DNA of 64,000 nt, taken from positions 10,726,001 through 10,790,000 of the forward strand of contig OX597841.1 of the NCBI GenBank assembly GCA_951406725.2, in the 5' to 3' direction. The stretch's first letter is position 1, and each line of letters opens with the position of its first letter. The notes under the pieces are model-generated. The model was given only the letters and a program-made list of their open reading frames with translations, was not told the origin of the DNA and did not search any database. Both the position numbers and the translations under genes were made by a program. Source of the stretch: Octopus vulgaris (Eukaryota). Of this stretch, positions 1-13,700 are shown one piece after another.

Positions 1-375
1 GTCGGTGGCACATAAGAACACCATCCGAGCGTGGCCGTTCGCCAGCCTCGTCTAGCACCTGTGTCGGTGGCACATAAAAACACCATCCGAGCGTGGCCGT
101 CTGCCAGCCTCGTCTGGCACCTGTGTCGGTGGCACATAAAAACACCATCCGAGCGTGGCCGTTCGCCAGCCTCGTCTGGCACCTGTGTCGGTGGCACATA
201 AAATCACCCACTACACTCTCGGAGTGGTTGGCGTTAGGAAGGGCATCCAGCTGTAGAAACACTGCCAGATCTGACTGGCCTGGTGCAGCCTTCGGGCTCC
301 CCAGACCCCAGTTGAACCGTCCAACCCATGCTAGCATGGAAAACGGACGCTAAATGATGATGATGATGATGATGA
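1..375 (+). mobile_element. RTE-associated SINE-like repeat (3' part) with internal ~62-bp tandem units and (GAT)n tail
   Basis: Unit ctgtgtcggtggcacataaaaacaccatccgagcgtggcc... is repeated about 3 times. It ends in ...ccaacccatgctagcatggaaaacggacgctaaatgatgatgat, the same 3' end seen at 53270-53445 and inverted at 15061 and 16961. Confidence 0.75.
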
Positions 376-847
376 TATATATAATTATTTTGAATGAAAC
401 ATAAATTATTTCCTCTTTTCTATGACATATTTAATTATAGATACCACTTTCTTATTGTTAATAACATTAAAGAATAATCCAAAAACTAAATGTATGTGTG
501 GATACTGTTTTCTGTTTTTGGTTGGGGTTGTAGCATTGATAGGTGCATGGCAGTAGTGATCATTCATGTCTATGATAATGTGTTTGATTGACAGTATTCA
601 AAGAGGAATCAGATAAAAAATTTAAAGAAAACAAAAAATGATTGTATGAAAATCATATATTCTATTGGTTAAAATAATTACAGTAATTTAGTGTTACGGA
701 CATGCTCTTCTTGTAACTCTAATCTGTTACCATGACCATTTCTGCAACCGAAACCACCACCATTACTACTACCATTGCTACTCCTCTTCTTACTACTACT
801 ACTTCTACCATCAATACTACTACTACCAGTACCTCCACTACCTCTAT

Positions 848-879
<32 letters not shown>

Positions 880-2172
880 AAAATTTTAAAAACATTAGTA
901 ACTTTCAAAGTTTGGCACAAGGCCAGCATTTTTAAGGGGAGGAAAAAATGTAAATTACATTCACCCCTATAATTGGTACTTAATCAAACTTAAAGCAATG
1001 AAAAGCAAAGTTGATTCAGGCAAGATTTGAACTCAGAACATAAAGTATGAACAGAAGTATCACTGATCATTTTTTCCATGTTCTTATAATCCTGCTCTTA
1101 ATGATAATAGTTTCAACTTTTAGTACTTTTAGTGGGTAGGACAAGTTGATTACATTATCCCTCTACTAAATTAGTATTTTATATTATTGACCCCAAAAAG
1201 ATGAAAGGCAAAGCTGAGTTCAGTGGTATTTGAATTCAGAATGTAGAGCCAGAAGAAATACCACAAAGCTTCTTGTCCAACACAGCAATGATCCTGCCAG
1301 CTCATGCCCTTATAATAATAAGGTTAAATGTCTCAAATTTAAACATAAGGCCAGCAATATTTAGGGGGGAGGATAAATCAATTATATCGACCCCAGGGTT
1401 CAACTAATACTTATTTTATCAAGCCTTCTCCCCTCCCTCTAAGGATCAAAGGCAGTCAATCTTCACAGAATTTTAACACAACATAAAGATGAAGAAAATG
1501 CTGCAAAGCATTTTGTCTAGCATACTAATGATTTTTGTCACCTCACTACCTTAATAATAATTATTATTATTGTTGTTGTTGTTGTTGTTGTTATAATGTC
1601 TATCAAATTTTGCACAAATGCAACAATTTTTGGATTGAGGGGATGAGTCAAGTTGACTTCAGTGGGATTAGAACTCAGAATGTAAAGAATTGGAAGCAAT
1701 ACCAAAAAGAATTTAGTTGTATAGTTTCTTTTTTGTTTATGAAACATGTGTAAGGTGGTACGAATTAAATAGTTTATACACAAACTTTCTTGTTTTGTCA
1801 TGTGTATATATTCTGTGACATACCCAACTGTGGATTCCTAACAATGCATGGTTAATAATGTAACTTCTTGTGGTCTCCCATTAGATACACACATGGCACA
1901 AAACTACCTCCCTCAATACTACTCCCTCCTCTGTTGAGGGTTTTTGTCTTGTAAAATACTTTGTGATTTCACCAGGGCTGCTGTCACATAAAAGGCACCT
2001 AGTACAGTGTGTAAAGTGGTGAGCATTAAGAAAAGCATTCAGCTGTAGAAGCCATGCCAGAACAGACAGTTGAACTTGGCACAGTCTTCTAGCTTACCAG
2101 CTTCTAACAAAGCATGTAAGCATTGAAAACAGACTTTAAATGATGAAGTGATGACATAACTATACATACATG

Positions 2173-2222
<50 letters not shown>

Positions 2223-3129
2223 GAGAAAGAGAGAGAGAGAGAGAGAGTTGAGTGAAGGAGAAAAGGAGTAGATCCAACTTACAGAGTGCAAATGACAGAG
2301 AAAATTAAAGGGGAGGATATAAGTCTAACAGCTGTTTCTGGGAGAATGTTGGTAGATGTATTCATCACAGTATGTAGGCCATAATAGAAGGCAATCAGAA
2401 TTGGATAAATTGAGCTGCCATCAAGAAGTGCAAAGGTGGACAGATTAAATGTGGAGAGCAAGCAGTATTAGAGGAAGGAGGTAGGATGGAGTTATGGCGA
2501 GTGTTAAGACAGAATGGTGAGAGGAGATAAATAAACTAGTTCAGAAAGAGAGTGGCGGCTTAAGAATGGAAGTATTAAGGAAGTGGTAGTCGATGTGGAG
2601 AGTTGAGAGATGAGTGGGAGGGATGCAGTGGGTAGTAATTGAAGGGTAGTCAATTATTGGGTTTGTGTATAGTGTTGAGATAGTGAGAAAAGGGATGACA
2701 ATTATTTGAGGGAGGGAAAGACTCTAATTAGGCAACAGAAGGAGATTACTAAAGTATGAACAAAGATATGAGAGAAGATAAAGGGAGGTGCATAGAGTGG
2801 GGAGTTAGTCGGTGATAGGGTAGCTGTGGTTAGTACTATAATGAAGGTGGATTGGTGGTGGAGGGGGAGTACTGAGGTTTGCAAAGGTGTATGAAATTGG
2901 GTAGAGGGGTGGATGTTGATTGTTTAGTAGCTAATTGATTGTGGTAGTTGCAAGTGCTCTTGATTGAAGGCGAGAATTGAGACAATGGGGAAAGAATACA
3001 ATTTGTGAGGGAGGTGGTATGTTGTGGGTAAGAAGAATTTTCAAAGGTAATCATGAGAAGGATGGTATTACTGGAGAAGATGCATTGCTTCGCTAACCTT
3101 GTTGTACCCCAAGGTTAATTATAATTAAT

Positions 3130-3990
3130 GATAATCATTGTTATGAGATTATATAGATTTAATAAAATGAGTAAATGATGAGTAGAACCTGTGTTTACAA
3201 GAGAGTATTACATCTGAGAATCTATTAAGTAATCAGGGATTGTGGTTGCAAAGGATGATTAGTGATCCCTTACAAATACCAAGGTTTGAGCTGAACGAGG
3301 GAGCCTCCTTATGATGGATCGGGATAGAGTAGTTTTGGGATTTGTGGTTATGTATTTAAGTTGCTAAGGTGGTAGAATATTTAGAATTTGGATTGGAGAA
3401 AGAGTCCATTTGTGCTCAGTAGCAGTGCTTGAAATTGACATTCTGTCGTTATAGACCCTTACTTGGTGGGAGCATAGTATTATTACTCTGCACTTGTAGA
3501 CTACATTTTTGCATTGACAGAAACCTCCAAGAGGGCTGAATTGAAACACCTAATAATTGCAAGTTTTCCTACCTGTTCTGTGGTTTTCCTACCTACTCTG
3601 TGGTCTTCCTACCTGCTCTAGGAAAGAAATGTGCAATTTTTGCCTTAAGTTTAGTGTTGGAGATATAAGAGTTCTTTTTACAGAAACCACTTATCTGCTG
3701 AGCTTGGTTATAGTGTGGGGCATGATTATTAAAAATATCTTTGTTAGTAGATAAGCTGGAGATTCTGATAAAAATATCTGTGACTATTCTATTAGGAGTA
3801 AGTTTAGGGTAATTTGATAGGATGTAGATATATTGTAATGATTGATAGGGTTTCTAGAAAGGGTGATATAGATTTAAGATGTTTCCAGTGTGTGTCATTT
3901 TCGAATGAGATACCTAGGTTATGATTTTTAAAATCCTGTGGAATTGATTCCCTGTAAAGGTATGAGTCTAAGTTTGGATCATTTGAGCAC
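3130..3990 (-). mobile_element. Decayed Penelope-like element (RT thumb + GIY-YIG endonuclease remnant)
   Basis: Minus-strand fragments read ...LQYI..SNYP....RISSLSTNKDIFNNHAPHYNQA..SGF (PLE RT C-terminal region) and PLGGFCQCKNVVYKCRV / STATEHKWTL (Cys-rich linker and GIY-YIG region). Many stops and frameshifts. Confidence 0.65.
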
Positions 3991-4036
3991 TACTAAGTGT
4001 CTTCTACACTGAAAATCTCTGGACCTCATCTTCTGG

Positions 4037-4119
<83 letters not shown>

Positions 4120-4131
4120 TGTGTAAACATA

Positions 4132-5390
4132 CAGGAGTTGGACAAAATAATGGAAACACCTTAAAATTTCAAACAAATTTATTTTAATATGGGGTAGGGC
4201 TGCCTGTAGCAGTAATTACAGCTTGAATTCTACAAGGTATGAACTTGTACAAAGTTTGAATTGTTTCCAAAAGAATTTTTGTCCATTTTTCAGCTAAAAG
4301 AGTCCCCAATTCTTGCAGTGATGATGGTGGAGGGTATTGACTCCTTTTCCTGTTTTCCTAAAATGCACCACAAATGTTCAATAATATTGAGATCTGGAGG
4401 CTGTGGTGGCAAGATAAGATGTTCAACTTCTCTAGAATGTTTCTCATGCCATTCAGTAACAACTTTAGCTGCTCTATGAATTGGTGCATTATCATCCTGA
4501 AAGATTGCATTTCCCTTCAGAAACAGTTCTGCAATCATAGGATGAATTTGATCAGATAAAATGCTTAAATAGTCTGCCATGAAGGGAAATCATTGGGCTG
4601 GCAGATTTCCAAGATATAGCCCCCACCTCTCAGATCATCATAGATCCTCCTCCATGTTTAACAGTTGGAAGAAGGTAGTCTGGGTCAAAGGCTTGTTTTG
4701 GATGTCTCCACATGTATACTCGGCCAGTGGTCAGAAATATGGTAAAAGATGACTTGTCCAAGAAAATGACATTCTTCCACTGCTCTAGGGATCAGTTTTG
4801 TAGGTTTTTACCCCACTCTAAATGCTTTGCAAAGTTGGTTTTTGAAAGTAGTGGTTTTCTGATTGCAGCCCTCCCATGAAATCCAGCTTTGTGCAACTCC
4901 CAGCAATCAGTTTTATGGAAACTGGGTCCTTGAGATGGTTATTAAGCTCTACAGTTACTTTGGGAGCTGTACTTTTGTGATCCTTTCTAACAATTTGCGT
5001 AAGAGTCCAACAGTCCTTATCTGAAGGTTTTGGTTTTCTTCCAGAGTTTTGTTTTGACTAGAAGGTTTTTCCCACTTCCTCAAAGGCTGTCATTACTTTT
5101 GAGACAGGACTTCATGATACACCAAACACTTCGGCTGTTTTCATTACGCTAGCGCCTGCTATACGCACACCACAATTTGACCTCTTTGAAAGTCCAATAG
5201 ATCTGTCATTTTAATGAATTTCAGTTAACTTTTTCTGTTGATATCTGAAAAGAAACAGCAATTTTAGCAAAACATATTAAGCAATACTAATAATAATTCA
5301 AATAACATAAATATAAACAAGCTTTTGACAGTTTTATAGATATTTCAAAATTATGATGCTACATGTTTCCATTATTTTGTCCAACCCCTC
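4132..5390 (-). mobile_element. Tc1-family DNA transposon, decayed, with terminal inverted repeats
   Basis: TIRs caggagttggacaaaataatggaaaca (4132) and tgtttccattattttgtccaacccctc (ends 5390), each flanked by TA. ORF 4290..4580 contains IFQDDNAPIH...LPPQPPDLNIIEHLW, the Tc1 DD34E catalytic region. Confidence 0.9.
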
Positions 5391-6089
5391 TAGATCTTCA
5401 GATAGCTGTTCCTGAACAATGGGTGCCCAGAAAAAGAACTGGTATATAAGACCAATAACATGGGTTTGAACAGTAACAAATACATGTATTGGAATGATAG
5501 GGAACACCTTCAAATAAAGATATACATTGCACCTGGCTTTGTTCAGAGCCAAAAACAAAAAACACACAATAATCCTAGCCAATATAGAATAGAGACTGAA
5601 AAAGAGAGGTGTGAGCAACATCCAGATAACCTGGAGTATTATTGCTGAGGCCAACAAGAACAGAGGACGAGGCAGGAAATGCAAGCTTTACATCACTGAA
5701 ACATTATACATTATCACACCAAAAGTGAATATTTCAAATATTAGGGATGACACCTTCTTCCCCTTGCATGCATAAGCAGCATTTCACACTCTGAAATTTC
5801 AAGCAAATATCCCCACCTACTCTGTCTCCCGTGCAACCTGGATAAATTTTCATTCCAAACATCAGTTATACGCATTATATGAACTTCATGCATGAAAAAA
5901 CACATGACCTCATAAACTTATGCTGCGCTCCTCTCACAGATATATATGGGTCTCACACATATCCATGACATTACAAGTTATATACAAACTTATGAACCCA
6001 TAACACCATAAGTATCACATGAATTATGTGAAAGATATGTGAAAGCTCACAATAATGAGTACACACCCAAACAGACATACTACAGATCC

Positions 6090-6702
<613 letters not shown>

Positions 6703-9700
6703 TAAAATAAATATAAGAGAGTGGTCACTATATGGCTCACTCTAGCACCAGTTAATCCAAAAGGTTTCAACCACAAAAATACATGTTTCCCATGAAAGTC
6801 AGTACGATTGTTAGCTCACACGGACAGGGCAAATAAAAAATAACAAAAATACAGATTATTTTGGGACAATTGTTTCGCTATTAATGAATTAAATGTAATA
6901 TTACTTACAAAAAAATCCACTTGTAGCTCCTCAGCCAAAACTATCTGGATGAAATCCACTCAATCACACGCCAGACTTTACCATAACGATAAATACACGT
7001 GTGGTTCAATTGATTACATCCGACGTTATAATTCAAATGCCCCAACTAACAGCGCGCCAAACTTTCACGGAAAACAAAGACTGCATTTAGAAATAAATGT
7101 AGCATAATTATAATTAATTAATAAGGGTGAGAGAATTAGATACTAATTTAATAGTATATCTATTCAACACCAAGTGGCCTAGTGCTCCGAGAAACCTGGA
7201 TTATTATAATATTTTATAATATATTATAATATTTTTACAAAATAAATATAAGAGAGTGGTCACTATATGGCTCACTCTAGCACCAGTTAATCCAAAAGGT
7301 TTCAACCACAAAAATACATGTTTCCCATGAAAGTCAGTACGATTGTTAGCTCAAACGGACAGGGCAAATAAAAAATAACAAAAATACAGATTATTTTGGG
7401 ACAATTGTTTCGCTATTAATGAATTAAATGTAATTTTACTTACAAAAAAATCCACTTGTAGCTCGTCAGCCAAAACTATCTGGATGAAATCCACTCAATC
7501 ACACGCCAGATTTTACCATAACGATAAATACGCGTGTGGTTCAATTGATTACATCCGACGTTATAATTCAAATGCCCCAACTAACAGCGCGCCAAACTTA
7601 CACGGAAAACAAAGACTGCATTTAGAAATAAATGTAGCATAATTATAATTAATTAATAAGGGTGAGAGAATTAGATACTAATTTAATAGTATATCTATTC
7701 AACACCAAGTGGCCTAGTGCTCCGAGAAACCTGGATTATTATAATATTTTATAATATATTATAATATTTTTACAAAATAAATATAAGAGAGTGGTCACTA
7801 TATGGCTCACTCTAGCACCAGTTAATCCAAAAGGTTTCAACCACAAAAATACATGTTTCCCATGAAAGTCAGTACGATTGTTAGCTCACACGGACAGGGC
7901 AAATAAAAAATAACAAAAATACAGATTATTTTGGGACAATTGTTTCGCTATTAATGAATTAAATGTAATTTTACTTACAAAAAGATCCACTTGTAGCTCG
8001 TCAGCCAAAACTATCTGGATGAAATCCACTCAATCACACGCCAGATTTTACCATAACGATAAATACGCGTGTGGTTCAATTGATTACATCCGACGTTATA
8101 ATTCAAATGCCCCAACTAACAGCGCGCCAAACTTTCACGGAAAACAAAGACTGCATTTAGAAATAAATGTAGCATAATTATAATTAATTAATAAGGGTGA
8201 GAGAATTAGATACTAATTTAATAGTATATCTATTCAACACCAAGTGGCCTAGTGCTCCGAGAAACCTGGATTATTATAATATTTTATAATATATTATAAT
8301 ATTTTTACAAAATAAATATAAGAGAGTGGTCACTATATGGCTCACTCTAGCACCAGTTAATCCAAAAGGTTTCAACCACAAAAATACATGTTTCCCATGA
8401 AAGTCAGTACGATTGTTAGCTCACACGGACAGGGCAAATAAAAAATAACAAAAATACAGATTATTTTGGGACAATTGTTTCGCTATTAATGAATTAAATG
8501 TAATATTACTTACAAAAAAATCCACTTGTAGCTCCTCAGCCAAAACTATCTGGATGAAATCCACTCAATCACACGCCAGACTTTACCATAACGATAAATA
8601 CACGTGTGGTTCAATTGATTACATCCGACGTTATAATTCAAATGCCCCAACTAACAGCGCGCTAAACTTACACGGAAAACAAAGACTGCATTTAGAAATA
8701 AATGTAGCATAATTATAATTAATTAATAAGGGTGAGAGAATTAGATACTAATTTAATAGTATATCTATTCAACACCAAGTGGCCTAGTGCTCCGAGAAAC
8801 CTGGATTATTATAATATTTTATAATATATTATAATATTTTTACAAAATAAATATAAGAGAGTGGTCACTATATGGCTCACTCTAGCACCAGTTAATCCAA
8901 AAGGTTTCAACCACAAAAATACATGTTTCCCATGAAAGTCAGTACGATTGTTAGCTCACACGGACAGGGCAAATAAAAAATAACAAAAATACAGATTATT
9001 TTGGGACAATTGTTTCGCTATTAATGAATTAAATGTAATATTACTTACAAAAAAATCCACTTGTAGCTCCTCAGCCAAAACTATCTGGATGAAATCCACT
9101 CAATCACACGCCAGACTTTACCATAACGATAAATACACGTGTGGTTCAATTGATTACATCCGACGTTATAATTCAAATGCCCCAACTAACAGCGCGCCAA
9201 ACTTTCACGGAAAACAAAGACTGCATTTAGAAATAAATGTAGCATAATTATAATTAATTAATAAGGGTGAGAGAATTAGATACTAATTTAATAGTATATC
9301 TATTCAACACCAAGTGGCCTAGTGCTCCGAGAAACCTGGATTATTATAATATTTTATAATATATTATAATATTTTTACAAAATAAATATAAGAGAGTGGT
9401 CACTATATGGCTCACTCTAGCACCAGTTAATCCAAAAGGTTTCAACCACAAAAATACATGTTTCCCATGAAAGTCAGTACGATTGTTAGCTCAAACGGAC
9501 AGGGCAAATAAAAAATAACAAAAATACAGATTATTTTGGGACAATTGTTTCGCTATTAATGAATTAAATGTAATTTTACTTACAAAAAAATCCACTTGTA
9601 GCTCGTCAGCCAAAACTATCTGGATGAAATCCACTCAATCACACGCCAGATTTTACCATAACGATAAATACGCGTGTGGTTCAATTGATTACATCCGACG

Positions 9701-12700
9701 TTATAATTCAAATGCCCCAACTAACAGCGCGCCAAACTTACACGGAAAACAAAGACTGCATTTAGAAATAAATGTAGCATAATTATAATTAATTAATAAG
9801 GGTGAGAGAATTAGATACTAATTTAATAGTATATCTATTCAACACCAAGTGGCCTAGTGCTCCGAGAAACCTGGATTATTATAATATTTTATAATATATT
9901 ATAATATTTTTACAAAATAAATATAAGAGAGTGGTCACTATATGGCTCACTCTAGCACCAGTTAATCCAAAAGGTTTCAACCACAAAAATACATGTTTCC
10001 CATGAAAGTCAGTACGATTGTTAGCTCACACGGACAGGGCAAATAAAAAATAACAAAAATACAGATTATTTTGGGACAATTGTTTCGCTATTAATGAATT
10101 AAATGTAATTTTACTTACAAAAAGATCCACTTGTAGCTCGTCAGCCAAAACTATCTGGATGAAATCCACTCAATCACACGCCAGATTTTACCATAACGAT
10201 AAATACGCGTGTGGTTCAATTGATTACATCCGACGTTATAATTCAAATGCCCCAACTAACAGCGCGCCAAACTTTCACGGAAAACAAAGACTGCATTTAG
10301 AAATAAATGTAGCATAATTATAATTAATTAATAAGGGTGAGAGAATTAGATACTAATTTAATAGTATATCTATTCAACACCAAGTGGCCTAGTGCTCCGA
10401 GAAACCTGGATTATTATAATATTTTATAATATATTATAATATTTTTACAAAATAAATATAAGAGAGTGGTCACTATATGGCTCACTCTAGCACCAGTTAA
10501 TCCAAAAGGTTTCAACCACAAAAATACATGTTTCCCATGAAAGTCAGTACGATTGTTAGCTCACACGGACAGGGCAAATAAAAAATAACAAAAATACAGA
10601 TTATTTTGGGACAATTGTTTCGCTATTAATGAATTAAATGTAATATTACTTACAAAAAAATCCACTTGTAGCTCCTCAGCCAAAACTATCTGGATGAAAT
10701 CCACTCAATCACACGCCAGACTTTACCATAACGATAAATACACGTGTGGTTCAATTGATTACATCCGACGTTATAATTCAAATGCCCCTACTAACAGCGC
10801 GCTAAACTTACACGGAAAACAAAGACTGCATTTAGAAATAAATGTAGCATAATTATAATTAATTAATAAGGGTGAGAGAATTAGATACTAATTTAATAGT
10901 ATATCTATTCAACACCAAGTGGCCTAGTGCTCCGAGAAACCTGGATTATTATAATATTTTATAATATATTATAATATTTTTACAAAATAAATATAAGAGA
11001 GTGGTCACTATATGGCTCACTCTAGCACCAGTTAATCCAAAAGGTTTCAACCACAAAAATACATGTTTCCCATGAAAGTCAGTACGATTGTTAGCTCACA
11101 CGGACAGGGCAAATAAAAAATAACAAAAATACAGATTATTTTGGGACAATTGTTTCGCTATTAATGAATTAAATGTAATATTACTTACAAAAAAATCCAC
11201 TTGTAGCTCCTCAGCCAAAACTATCTGGATGAAATCCACTCAATCACACGCCAGATTTTACCATAACGATAAATACGCGTGTGGTTCAATTGATTACATC
11301 CGACGTTATAATTCAAATGCCCCTACTAACAGCGCGCCAAACTTACACGGAAAACAAAGACTGCATTTAGAAATAAATGTAGCATAATTATAATTAATTA
11401 ATAAGGGTGAGAGAGAATTAGATACTAATTTAATAGTATATCTATTCAACACCAAGTGGCCTAGTGCTCCGAGAAACCTGGATTATTATATTTTATAATA
11501 TATTATAATATTTTTACAAAATAAATATAAGAGAGTGGTCACTATATGGCTCACTCTAGCACCAGTTAATCCAAAAGGTTTCAACCACAAAAATACATGT
11601 TTCCCATGAAAGTCAGTACGATTGTTAGCTCACACGGACAGGGCAAATAAAAAATAACAAAAATACAGATTATTTTGGGACAATTGTTTCGCTATTAATG
11701 AATTAAATGTAATTTTACTTACAAAAAGATCCACTTGTAGCTCGTCAGCCAAAACTATCTGGATGAAATCCACTCAATCACACGCTAGATTTTACCATAA
11801 CGATAAATACGCGTGAGGTTCAATTGATTACATCCGACGTTATAATTCAAATGCCCCAACTAACAGCGCGCCAAACTTTCACGGAAAACAAAGACTGCAT
11901 TTAGAAATAAATGTAGCATAATTATAATTAATTAATAAGGGTGAGAGAATTAGATACTAATTTAATAGTATATCTATTCAACACCAAGTGGCCTAGTGCT
12001 CCGAGAAACCTGGATTATTATAATATTTTATAATATATTATAATATTTTTACAAAATAAATATAAGAGAGTGGTCACTATATGGCTCACTCTAGCACCAG
12101 TTAATCCAAAAGGTTTCAACCACAAAAATACATGTTTCCCATGAAAGTCAGTACGATTGTTAGCTCACACGGACAGGGCAAATAAAAAATAACAAAAATA
12201 CAGATTATTTTGGGACAATTGTTTCGCTATTAATGAATTAAATGTAATATTACTTACAAAAAAATCCACTTGTAGCTCCTCAGCCAAAACTATCTGGATG
12301 AAATCCACTCAATCACACGCCAGACTTTACCATAACGATAAATACACGTGTGGTTCAATTGATTACATCCGACGTTATAATTCAAATGCCCCTACTAACA
12401 GCGCGCCAAACTTACACGGAAAACAAATACTGCATTTAGAAATAAATGTAGCATAATTATAATTAATTAATAAGGGTGAGAGAATTAGATACTAATTTAA
12501 TAGTATATCTATTCAACACCAAGTGGCCTAGTGCTCCGAGAAACCTGGATTATTATAATATTTTATTATATATTATAATATTTTTACAAAATAAATATAA
12601 GAGAGTGGTCACTATATGGCTCACTCTAGCACCAGTTAATCCAAAAGGTTTCAACCAGAAAAATACATGTTTCCCATGAAAGTCAGTACGATTGTTAGCT

Positions 12701-12832
12701 CACACGGACAGGGCAAATAAAAAATAACAAAAATACAGATTATTTTGGGACAATTGTTTCGCTATTAATGAATTAAATGTAATATTACTTACAAAAAAAT
12801 CCACTTGTAGCTCCTCAGCCAAAACTATCTGG
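6703..12832 (-). repeat. 535-bp tandem array (~11.5 units), each unit carrying a hammerhead ribozyme; retrozyme / Penelope pLTR-like
   Basis: The anchor gtggtcactatatggctcac recurs at 6721, 7256, 7791, 8326, 8861, 9396, 9931, 10466, 11001, 11535, 12070 and 12605 (period 535, one of 534). Units differ at only a handful of positions. Confidence 0.97.
6852..6947 (-). ncRNA. Type I hammerhead ribozyme (representative copy; further copies start at 7387, 7922, 8457, 8992, 9527, 10062, 10597, 11132, 11666, 12201, 12736)
   Basis: Minus strand: CAGAUAGUUUUGG-CUGA(G/C)GA-GCUA-[long loop]-UAGC-GAAA-CAAUUG-UC-CCAAAAUAAUCUG. The core is complete, stem II has 4 bp, stem I has ~12 bp, and helix III is minimal with palindromic AAUU. 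Predicted GUC cleavage falls between 6865 and 6864. Confidence 0.9.
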
Positions 12833-13018
12833 GAAACCTTTTGGATTAACTGGTGCTAGAGTGAGCCATATAGTGACCACTCTCTTATATTTATTTTGTA
12901 AAAATATTATAATATATTATAAAATATTATAATAATCCAGGTTTCTCGGAGCACTAGGCCACTTGGTGTTGAATAGATATACTATTAAATTAGTATCTAA
13001 TTCTCTCACCCTTATTAA

Positions 13019-13025
<7 letters not shown>
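12833..13025 (+). repeat. Inverted partial copy of the 535-bp unit capping the array
   Basis: gaaaccttttggattaactggtgctagag...cacccttattaattaatta is the reverse complement of unit sequence equivalent to ~7110-7302. It is followed by (TA)n. Confidence 0.95.
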
Positions 13026-13077
<52 letters not shown>

Positions 13078-13081
13078 ATAC

Positions 13082-13113
<32 letters not shown>

Positions 13114-13260
13114 GTATATATAGATAGGTAGATAGATATATATATATATGTGTGGATGTGTGTGTGTATGTTGAACCCCGTGCACTTGTGCATGTACTCA
13201 CACAAACACATGCAGATAGACGCCCAAACACATACACGTATATATTTATATATATATATA

Positions 13261-13700
13261 AATTAGTAAATAAATGGCACAACTAAGTACCGATATTTAC
13301 TGGAAATAGCGAACGTAAAAATACGACGCTAATGTGTAGCTTCACCGCGTATGTATTAGCAAAAATGCGTGTGTGCAACAAACTAGAGCAGAAAAACGTC
13401 TTACCTCCAGGGAGAACATCTGAAAGATGAAACACCCGGAATAGGATGACGTGGGACCTGCAGGTTTCAGGTTTTACAAGATATGTCTCTCACCCATATT
13501 TTGTTTTACCTTCATCAGCCAAGCATATACCAAGACGAAATCTACGATGTTACCACATTAATACTATCACACTCGACTGAAATGCGGAACGCTAACAGCA
13601 CGAGAAATGGTGAAGAAGTTTCAAAATATCAGTAATGCAATACAAAGTATCGCCTTCCAGCAAAAAGTAGCCCGTGAGGGAAAAATACGCAAATTAGTAA

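Noticed and set aside
6778-6808. Second hammerhead per 535-bp unit (minus strand CUGACUUUCAUGGGAAACAUGUA)
   Set aside because: It has CUGA and GAAAC but lacks the GA of CUGANGA and convincing stems I and II.
12476-12679. 67-aa ORF in the repeat unit
   Set aside because: It exists only because one unit lost a stop codon by a point change. No domain similarity is apparent.
6703-12832. CRISPR array, rDNA or histone-gene repeat
   Set aside because: The units are near-identical along their whole length with no unique spacers. I see no rRNA or histone similarity, no cas genes, and the context is eukaryotic.
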